This document shows, piece after piece, positions 55,101 through 64,000 of a stretch of 64,000 nucleotides of DNA. The stretch comes from Eledone cirrhosa (lineage: Eukaryota), in assembly GCA_964016885.1 (NCBI GenBank), contig OZ024742.1:278256001-278320000 (forward strand), in the 5' to 3' direction. Made by a program: the position numbers and the translations under genes. The first letter of the stretch is position 1, and each line of letters opens with the position of its first letter. The notes below the pieces were generated by a model. The model made no database searches. It worked only from the letters and a program-made list of their open reading frames with translations, and was not told where the DNA came from.

Positions 55101-55654
55101 TTAAAGGAAAACGACCGCCACATAAACCAAAAAAGAGGTATAAGGATTCCTTGAAGGCCTCTCTGAAAGACGCTAACATCTCTGCTGATACATGGGAAAA
55201 TATTGCTGCTGATCGTAATAAATGGAGAAAGACTGTATATGAGGGAAAAGTTGCCTTTGAGGCATCTCGAATCGCACACGAGAAAGTAAAGCGGGACGTG
55301 AGGAAGGGTATTGCTGTTGCACTTCCAGACGGCGAGGGTCCTCCTATGTTTCTGACATGCAGCGTCTGTGCGAGACTCTGCCTAAGCAAAGCTGGACTCG
55401 AAAGTCATCTTCGCAGTCATAAAGTAAGACCAGTGGTTGACTACCAGGCTGCTGTTGGAGATGCTACTCATCATGCTTGCCAAACATGTGGTAGAGAATG
55501 TAAATCAGCAGGAGGACTCAAGCGACATGCAAAAGTACACGAACTCCAACCACAGCCGACTATTCCCAGTAAATGTTTTGGTTGCCGACTCTGTGCAAGA
55601 CATTTTGGATCATTGGCTGGGCTAAAAAGCCACATTCGATCGCAGCACTGTTAG
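52157..55654 (+). CDS. RTE-clade LINE protein (APE endonuclease, reverse transcriptase, 3 C2H2 zinc fingers); uninterrupted 1165 aa ORF
   Basis: EN: WNVRTLLD, ALSETR, SVYAPT, GDFNARVG, LLDYV, TDHRLV. RT: GRSPGMDG, NYRGISLL, FVDLTKAFD, GVKQG, LYADD, YLGS. Three CxxC...HxxxH/HxxxxH fingers. The listed ATG lies inside the flanking (TATG)n. Confidence 0.95.
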   Translation: MYVCIIGNKGRGPKLSQPGPARHRAIVIEPNRAFSLGCWNVRTLLDRDSLERPERRTALVAKELRRYDLDIVALSETRLAGDGHLTEFCGEYTFFWKGRDEGTRREAGVGFAVKTVLVNKLEEFPVGISERLMSMRVPLDKGRYATLVSVYAPTMNSVDEEKLSFYHALKGVLRNIPQADKVIVLGDFNARVGRDFNTWNVIGRHGVGKCNSNGMLLLQMCEELDLCVTNTMFQQKNKFKTTWMHPASKEWHLLDYVLVRMRDRQDVRCVRVLRGAECWTDHRLVRAKVNLITKRKIRAPGVTLPKRLNAARLKDKNVKRTLEEEMQAADLGEDWPTLKKSVYDVGRRVLGLVQRKHQDWFNEKDVHIDDLLADKRRALSRYLTARPQERNTLHEELRDVKSRVRRSLSQMKDQWWSEKAGEIQTASDCNNTKLLYSLLREVYGPSSSLVTPIRSKDGKELLRDSQGILRRWREHFDDLLNQPSVVSEDFLNLIPESPVKVALAEPPTLVEVAVAISKLNSGRSPGMDGIHAELLQYGGERLLQHLHSLFGRIWANESVPEDWRDAVMVVLYKGKGNRNDCGNYRGISLLSVVGKVLCRVLLDRLLTHIADCVLPESQSGFRVGRGTTDMIFSARQLQEKCIEQGLDLYQVFVDLTKAFDTVNRDALWKVLQKLGCPDKFLALVRSFHDDMKAWVNVGGNMSEPISVKNGVKQGDIPAPTLFAIYFAMVFCIAFRNCEHGVYIRYRTSGSVFNIRRFAAKTKVFTSVIRDLLYADDCDLVAHTESDMQHILNVFSDACTALGLTVSLKKTVVMYQPAPGRQYTEPNIYVYGKRLGVVDQFVYLGSTVNRYGNLDGEISLRIRKASDAFGKLERRLWGRRDICRRTKVKVYRACVLSCLLYACETWVTYRRHLKQLERFHQMCLRRIHGVRWRDHISDVEILESSMCDSIEALVLKQRLRWSGHLARMKDSRIPKQLFYGELVKGKRPPHKPKKRYKDSLKASLKDANISADTWENIAADRNKWRKTVYEGKVAFEASRIAHEKVKRDVRKGIAVALPDGEGPPMFLTCSVCARLCLSKAGLESHLRSHKVRPVVDYQAAVGDATHHACQTCGRECKSAGGLKRHAKVHELQPQPTIPSKCFGCRLCARHFGSLAGLKSHIRSQHC

Positions 55655-55662
55655 TTGCTATC

Positions 55663-55700
<38 letters not shown>

Positions 55701-55779
55701 GCTTATGTGCGTGCGTGTGTGTGTATATATATATGAATATGTATATTATTATTGTTGTTGTCGTTATTATTATTATTGC

Positions 55780-55825
<46 letters not shown>

Positions 55826-55890
55826 TTTTTTTTTATTTTTTTATTTTTTATTGTGCAATGGCCATACTCGATAACGAGGGGGCAGCCATC
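52171..55890 (+). mobile_element. RTE LINE, 5' UTR apparently missing, (ATGT)n tail
   Basis: Unique sequence bounded by (TATG)n at 52039-52170 and 55891-55920. Confidence 0.9.
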
Positions 55891-55920
55891 ATGTATGTAT
55901 GTATGTATGTATGTATGTAT

Positions 55921-58900
55921 CTTCTTCTGGTTTTATGATTTCACAAAGTTTTACCAATAGAGAGAGAGTCGGTCTTTAACACAGACACAAGACTCTCTCA
56001 TTGGAATGTACACAACATCAACTAGGTAGATATGTATTTATGCATGCATGTGTAGATATGGATGTTGTTGTATGTGTGGATGTGTATATGCTTTGTATCT
56101 GTATATGTATATATGCAGTTATTAGATGCAAAGTATTTGGAATGTTTTACATATTTTTACCGTTCCATTAATGGATTGTACTTGTAGTTTCCTAACTAGT
56201 TGTGTTCTTTCTGTTCCTGTGAAGCCTAGCTTCTCAAGATTTGTATTGAGGCAGTTACTAACATATCCCAGTGCCCCAATAATCACAGGCATAAATCTGA
56301 AGGTGTAATCAGGGTGGAGTATCTGCAGATTTCTCATCAGTTCTGCATAAATATTCTCCTTTTCACTAATCTTTGATATTATATTGGCATCTGCTGGGCA
56401 GCTAATTTCCACTACAGTGCATGTTTTCTTCTCCCTGTTCCATATAATATCTGGTCTGTTATGCCTGCATTTTATTGGGGTTTTTACTGGAACATTCCAC
56501 CAGTACTCTTTCATATTATGTACATAGATGTCTTCCACATTGTTGTAGCTTTTAATGTGTTAATTATCGGGGCTATCCTTTTTACGAACTGCATTGTACA
56601 GTGTTTTGGCCACTACATCATGCCTCATAGGTAGATATTACCGCGATGACATCTTTGGGCAGCTGCTGATGACATGGGTGATATCCTCGATGTTAGTTCT
56701 GCAGAGTCTGCACTTGTTATCACATCTAGGTGTTTTGCCTGCATCCCTATCTCTTTTGTGAATCAGGTATTTCGTGCTAATCTCCTGTTCTTGGATTGCA
56801 AAAGCGTATCCTTCAAAGTGGGAGCCAATATAGCGGTTGTTGGTCCAAGATAGACTACTTTCCTTATCTATATTACTCTCACTGTGGACTTCCTGGAAAC
56901 ATATCCATGCATGAATTTTTGCTGATAGGCATGCAGTTTTTCATCCATGGATTCACTGCGATACTGCTGAGCGACATCCCTGGGTGTGAGCTTTTGATTA
57001 TCACACAGGGAATATCTCTCAAGGAGTTCCGTCCCAACTCTCATGATCTTATCTGTTTCATGCAGATAGACTTGCTCGAGAAGCGGGCTCCTACGCTTCG
57101 AGGTTCGTAGATGTTGTCGGAGAGATATGACGCAACATTCAAATGTTGTCTGGACTGATGTTAGGCCTCTGCCTCCCTGCTTACGTTTCAAGTAAAGGCG
57201 GTGTATGTCACTGTTGATGCGGAAGTTTCCGGTGTTGTTCAGTACTTTTCGAGTTCTAACATCAACTGCTTGGATTTCGTCTATCGTCCAATTTAGTATT
57301 CCAAACGTTGGGGTTATGACAGACACAACAAACACATTGTGTGGCACTGTTTTGTTTTGCGCAGAGAGTTCCGATGACCAGATCTTTCTTAATCGGGTGT
57401 AGTATTCCCTGGTTACGCGTTCTTTATTACAGATACCATTATAGGATATGTTCTCATCTATCTGTAGCAGTCCTCATCAGATATCGGTGAAACAGTTAGA
57501 CCATTGATGACAATGTTGCTAGATTGGGTTGTTGCTTTCCCCCGCTTTACAGTCATGTATGAGCATTTATCTTGGCCAAACTCCATTCCTATATCCTTTG
57601 AGAACGTTGTAACAAGGTCAAGATTTTTCTTCATCCCATCCATGTTCTTGGCATAGAGTTTCAGATCGCCTACAAAGAAGTTATGGGTTAGGTTCGTATT
57701 TCTGTCCTCCTGTGAGCCAATGATGTATCCCTCATTTCTTGAGCAGAAAGGACAAGGGGTTTAATGACAAGATGAACAATATCACAGAGAGACTGTCCCC
57801 CTGAAATATACCCCTGCAATATTTTATTTTATCAGTGAAACTAGAGTCCTCCCTCTCTGTCTTTAACCTTAGGATAGTAGCCCAAGAAGAAGACAGCCTC
57901 TCTATGGCTCTGACAATAATGTCTGGGACTTTAGAAAGTTGGAGGGCCTCTATCATCCAAGAGTGGGGAACAGAATCGAAAGCTTTCTTGTAGTCCAGCC
58001 AGACTGTAGTCATATTCCTCCTAAGTTGTCGCACCTCCGACATCGCAGTTTTGTTGATTAGGAATTGTTCAGCTCATCCCCAAACCCTTTTCTTTCCAGC
58101 TGCTTGTTCATCTGTGATGATGTTATTATTTTCACAGTGATCTTGGAGGAATAGGTTCAGGCAGGCTGTATACATCTTATACATCAGGTTGTGGCATGCA
58201 ATGGGTCGGTAGTTTTTTGCCAAGTGGGGTTCTTTGTTCTTGGGGACCAGTAACGTTTGTGCTAATGTCAACCATTCTGGTATAAGTGTATCTCCCTTAA
58301 GAACTTGTTGGTAGAGGTCAGTAAGATACCTCCGATAGAATATTGGTTTTTTGTACCAGTAGCCGACAATCATGTCTCTTCCAGGTGTTTTCTTATCTTG
58401 GAGTGTTCATATCACAGTCTCAAGGGTACCCTCACTTATTTCGTATGTTTTTGTTGTAGTGTAGGAGCAATAGTTCTTTCGGATTTCTCTTAGCCAGACT
58501 GCATCTTGGTTGAAATTCTTCTTTTCACCCCATATTTTTCTCCAAAAGGAATCTATGTCTTTCTGGGATAGGGCCTCAGTGAAACTTAATATTTTGCCCT
58601 TCATATCTCTATAGACTGATGTTTGGTTTCGTCTGAATCTTTTATTAAGCATTTTTCTCTCATCTACCTTCTTCAGGTATCGGCGTTTTTCGCTAACAGC
58701 TTTCAATTCCTTTTTGAGGGTGATCAGCTTATATTGGAGAGTTCTGGTTCTACTGTTACCAAACATCGTCTCTATTTTATTTTTCACTCTTTGTTGGTGA
58801 GGAGTGAGGTTTTTTTGTGTCTGTTTGCATGTAAGGAGCATTGTCACATGTCCTATGTTTTTTCGTAGGTCAGTAATCTTTTTTTCTATTTTAGTTATAT

Positions 58901-59993
58901 ATGATGGTATTTTTGGTGGTGTTTTGTTCTTGTTAATATCTCTGCTATCACCAAGATAATGCTTCACTGTCATTGCTAAGGCATATAAACAGGCGTTGAT
59001 TTGACAAAATGTTGGGGTTTTTATCCGTCGTAAATATTCATCCCCTCTTTCGTCAATAACACGTATTATTTCATTATTTGGTTTTTTATTCACCATTGTC
59101 ATTTTAACACGTTCAGCCAGAGAGATATTTATACATGAGTTAAGTTTCGTTAAGGGAAATATTCAATTGTTTATACTTTTGATTATCATTAACGATAGTA
59201 TTTTCCACAACAGTCAAGATAGACTCGGATGGTATACGTGGTGTCACATTTATTCGATTATTATTATTATTTCTTCGATTATTATTATTATCGATAGTGT
59301 TTTCCCCAGCATTTGAGGTAGACTTAGATGGTACAGGTGGTATCAAGTTTCTTACAGGCATAGTTGTTTCAAGGCGCTGTTCGACCTGGCTGCTAGGAAG
59401 TCTAGTAGCATGGCGATCTGTAACACGTATTGTTGATTCCATGTTTGTTGTGGGGTTACTGACAATTAATAATATTTATCTTATTTTTACGTTCAACAAA
59501 CGTCGCTTGTTGGCGTAATTGTTTCGCTTTGAAATAATTTAGATCTGGGTGGATTTCGTCCCAGTGTAGCTTCATTCTATTCATATAGCCAATGGAGGGA
59601 TTGTTTTTTGCCATTTTATAACAATTAAATAAATCATTATTAAGTTCGCAACTCCAAGAGAAATGCGATTTATAATTTCGGTTTCTTCTGTAGCTACAAC
59701 TGAATAAAGTTTGATTACCTTCTTTGTTATTTGTCTTCGATACTTCCTTAATTTTGTTGTTGATGTTGTGTTCAGCCATGCTGTTTGTAGCAAATCCTTG
59801 TAAAATGAATTATGTATTTAGTCGGATATCTCTACGAATTCGAATAAAAGGTGTCTTCAGAAGGATAGTTAGAAGAATAACCAGTTATTCAACCTGGCTG
59901 TAGTTGTGGCATTACTGTGGGAGATAGTATTCATCTTAAATTTAATAAATAGTCTCCCACGCCAAAATATGAGACTGATCGCGTTGACTGATG

Positions 59994-59997
<4 letters not shown>
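55921..59997 (-). mobile_element. Full-length decayed R4/Dong-like non-LTR retrotransposon
   Basis: N-terminal WSCELNNDLFNCY...GYMNRMKLHW domain (59456-59779); RT motifs NYRPIAC, WLDYKKAFDSVPHSW, GIFQGDSLS, FFVGDLKLY (catalytic D to G); CCHC CRLC...THVISSC; REL domain NRPDII...VVEISCP. Multiple frameshifts and stops. Confidence 0.92.
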
Positions 59998-60032
<35 letters not shown>

Positions 60033-60039
60033 TGTATAA

Positions 60040-60440
60040 ATGACCCCTTAGCCTTTGTCAAGGCAGAATTCTAGGAGAAGGAAAACTCTGATATAGCACC
60101 TGCAACCCCGATGGTATCCAATGATGTTGACTTGTTCTTCTTTTGGTAAATATCATCTTGGTTAAGAGAGTGGGACTGGCTTTGTGCAGTGCCTTTGCTC
60201 ACAATAAAAGTTTCACGGCACAGGCATTGCTTTATATCTGGAGATCTCTCTGCACTTGTCGTCACATGGTACCATGGGCCCAGCACTATGTGTCAATAAA
60301 TGTCACAAGTGTAGTTTTTGTACCAGAGTTTTCAAGTCGCTGGCTGGACTAAAAAGTCACACTCGTTCAGCGCATCGGTAGGGGTTCTTCTACATGGATT
60401 TAAACTAGTGGCCGTACTCGAAAACGAGTTGGCAGCCACC
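60040..60440 (+). mobile_element. Non-autonomous RTE-derived element, third copy
   Basis: Near identical to 42891-43292; (TATG)n on both sides. Confidence 0.8.
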
Positions 60441-60779
60441 ATTTATAAATGTATGTATGTATGTATGTATGTATGTATGTATGTATGTATGTATGTATGT
60501 ATGTATGTATGTATGCATGTATGCTTATAAATGAATGTATAGATTACATGTAGATTACATACACATAGATTTTATGCATACAAACATACACACATAGATC
60601 TGTACATATATATGTATGCAAACAACCGTTTCGTACTTAAATATTAACTTATCTAGCTCTAATTATTCATATACACAGTGACACATACGCATATAAATAT
60701 ATTTACATATCCAACCATACACTTATCCATACACCCAACAAGACACACGCATCCATACTTATACGCCGCACGTAGACAT

Positions 60780-60836
60780 ACTTACACATATATATATTTA
60801 TATATATACTTATATATATATATATATATAAATACT

Positions 60837-60874
<38 letters not shown>

Positions 60875-60990
60875 TACATACATATATCTATATACATACA
60901 ATTCGCATTTATACGAGCGTAAATCAGCATCTATATTCATATCTGTGTGTATATATATGTATGTATATTATATACACATACATACATATG

Positions 60991-61073
<83 letters not shown>

Positions 61074-61188
61074 ATGTTTATATATATATATATATATATG
61101 TATGTTTATATATATGTATATATATATATATACATATGTATATAAACATAAGTATATAAATATATATATAAATATATATATAAATATA

Positions 61189-61256
<68 letters not shown>

Positions 61257-61292
61257 TATTATATATATATTTATATATATTTATATACTTAT

Positions 61293-61350
<58 letters not shown>

Positions 61351-61352
61351 AT

Positions 61353-61392
<40 letters not shown>

Positions 61393-61449
61393 TTATGCTT
61401 ATATACATATATATATATAAATATATAAACATACATATATATATATATA

Positions 61450-61514
<65 letters not shown>

Positions 61515-61600
61515 TCATACATATATACATTCATACATATATACATTCATACATATATACATTCATACATATATACATTCATACATATAAATACACATAT
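60780..61600. repeat. Long (TA)n-derived microsatellite
   Basis: Direct inspection. Confidence 0.95.
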
Positions 61601-61864
61601 ATAATGTGTGTATAGAGAGGGAGGGGTCGAGAGATGTATAATCAGTTAATTTTTAGCTAGATTTGGTGATAAACTTTAGATCGATATTGGAAACGAAATG
61701 AGGCGCGATTTATTTACTTAGTATGGTGGGTAGGTTTATTTAGTGTGAGGGGGGTGAGTGGTAGGAGTTAGAAGACGCAGGTATAGGTTGGAGGATGTGA
61801 TTAATAAATCAATGATGCGAAATAAAATTCAAATCAAGTCACATGACATAATTTTGAAAGTGAC

Positions 61865-63460
61865 TGGTGGTGGTGCGGTGGTGGTGGTGGTGGTTGTGGT
61901 GGTGGTGCTGGTGGAGGTGCTGGTGGCGGTGTGGTGGTGCTGGTGGTGGTGGTGGTGCTGGTGGTGGTGCTGGTGGTGGCGCTGGTGGTGGTGTTGATGT
62001 GGTGGTGGTGCTGGGTGTGATGTGGTGGTGGTGGCGGTGCTGGTGGTGGAGTTGGTGATGTGGTGGTGGTGGTGTTGGTGGTGCTGTTGGAGCTGGTGGT
62101 GCTGATGGTGTGATGTGGTGGTGTTGGTGGTGCTGGTGTTGGTGATGTGATGATGGTGGTGGTGTGATGGTTGTGGTGGTGGTGTGGTGGTGTTGGTGGT
62201 GCTGGTGTTTGTGGTGGTGGTGCTGGGTGTGATGTGGTGGTGGTGGTGCTGGTGGTGGAGTTGGTGATGTGGTGGTGGTGGTGTTGGTGGTGCTGTTTGA
62301 GCTGGTGGTGCTGATGCTGGTGTGATGTAGTGGTGTTGGTGGTGCTGGTGTTGGTGATGTGATGATGGTGGTGGTGGTGCTGGTGTTGGTGATGTGGTGG
62401 TGGTGGTGGTGTGATGGTTGTGGTGGTGGTGTGGTGGTGTTGGTGGTGCTGGTGTTGGTGATGTGATGATGGTGGTGGTGGTGCTGGTGTTGGTGATGTG
62501 GTGGTGGTGGTGGTGGTGTGATGGTTGTGGTGTGGTGGTGTTGGTGGTGCTGGTGTTGGTGATGTGATGGTGGTGGGGGTGGTGCTGGTGTTGGTGATGT
62601 GGTGATGGTGTGGTTGTGCTGGTGGTGTTGGTGGTGTGATATGGTGGTGCTGGTGGTGTTGGTGATGTGGTGATGGTGGTGGTGGTGGTGGTGCTGGTGT
62701 TGGTGATGTGGTGATGGTGGCGGTGGTGTTTCTGGTGTTGGTGGTGTGATATGGTGGTGCTGGTGGTGTTGGTGATGTGGTGATGGTGGTGGTGGTGGTG
62801 GTGCTGGTGTTGGTGATGTGGTGATGGTGGCGGTGGTGTTTCTGGTGTTGGTGATGCGGTGCTGGTGGTGTTGGTGGTGTGATGTGGTGGTGCTGGTGCT
62901 GGTGCTGGTGTTGGTGATGTGGTGATGGTGCTGGTGTTGGTGATGTGGTGATGGTGCTGGTGTTGGTGATGTGGTGATGGTGGTAGTGGTGTGGTGGTTG
63001 TGGTGGTGGTGCTGGTGTTGGTGATGTGGTGATGGTGGTGGTGTGGTGGTTGTGGTGGTGGTTTGGTGGTGCTGGTGCTGGTGTTGGTGATGTGGTGATG
63101 TTGCTGGTGTTGGTGATGTGGTGATGGTGGTGGTGTGGTGGTTGTGGTGCTGGTGTTGGTGATGTGGTGATGGTGGTGGTGCTGGTGTTGGTGATGTGGT
63201 GATGGTGGTGGTGTGGTGGTTGTGGTGGTGGTTTGGTGGTGCTGGTGCTGGTGTTGGTGATATGGTGATGTTGCTGGTGTTGGTGATGTGGTGATGGTGG
63301 TGGTGTGGTGGTTGTGGTGCTGGTGTTGGTGATATGGTGATGTTGCTGGTGTTGGTGATGTGGTGATGGTGGTGGTGTGGTGGTTGTGGTGCTGGTGTTG
63401 GTGATGTGGTGATGGTGGTGGTGCTGGTGTTGGTGATGTGGTGATGGTGGTGCTAGTGGT
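61865..63460. repeat. (GGT)n-derived low-complexity minisatellite with higher-order units
   Basis: Recurring gctggtgttggtgatgtggtgatggtg units. Confidence 0.9.
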
Positions 63461-64000
63461 ATGGCTGATGACGATAATTGGTGGTGTAGGTGATGGTGTT
63501 AATTAATGCTGGACGCTGGCCTGGTGATATATGTCAATACTTTTAGTGATGGTGTTGGTGGTGATAATAAAGACGATGGTTGTTGTGATGTGCATTGCTG
63601 GCTGTGGTGGTGGTGTTGGTGGTAGTGTGTGTGTAGTTGAATGGTGGTGGTGTTGGTGGTGCTTTTGGTCATGTTGTTTGGTGGCAGTGTTTTTATCTAT
63701 GGTAGCGGTGGTGGTTTTAGAGGTTGGAGTATTGGTGGTGGTTGTAGTACAGTTAGCGCTATTGCTAGATGCTGTAGTGTTGATACGTTTGTGGTGGTGG
63801 TGGTAGTGGTAGTGGTGTCCGTTCTGGTGGATTGGCGGCTGTAGTATTGGTGTTGGTACCATGAATGGAAGTTATGGTGGTGCTGATGGTACTAAGTGGT
63901 GCTGTTTATATTGTTGTTAGTAATTTCGGGTGGCGCTGAGAGTGTTATTGGCAATGCTGGTGGTGGGGTTGGTTGTTCTGGTGTTGGTGGTGGTGTTGCT

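Noticed and set aside
61865-64000. Telomeric repeat or Gly/Val-rich gene
   Set aside because: No TTAGGG array; this is (GGT)n-derived low-complexity sequence.

Overview
This is eukaryotic, AT-rich, microsatellite-saturated DNA, not prokaryotic. The (TA)n/(CA)n/(TATG)n/(AAT)n load and the tRNA-derived SINEs suggest a cephalopod (octopus-like) genome; that is an inference. Almost every ORF in the supplied track is a microsatellite artefact. The real coding signal comes from retroelements: one uninterrupted RTE LINE ORF (52157-55654: APE endonuclease, RT, three C2H2 fingers), a near-full-length decayed Tx1/L1-like element, a full-length decayed R4/Dong-like element plus two fragments, two decayed Penelope-like elements (PLEs), two CRE-like 3' fragments and an RTE 3' fragment. 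Also present are two SINE families, an RTE-derived non-autonomous element (3 copies), a non-autonomous Helitron and a Tc1/mariner MITE. The most notable unexplained structure is a ~490-510 bp repeat arranged in tandem and inverted blocks (41.3-50.7 kb). Each of its seven complete monomers carries a type I minimal hammerhead ribozyme with a palindromic stem III and an upstream octamer, so it resembles a retrozyme or satellite-2-like self-cleaving RNA array. Several unrelated hammerhead motifs sit in foldback elements embedded in (TA)n. A low-confidence five-exon minus-strand host gene fragment is also proposed. All calls were made by eye and element boundaries are approximate.
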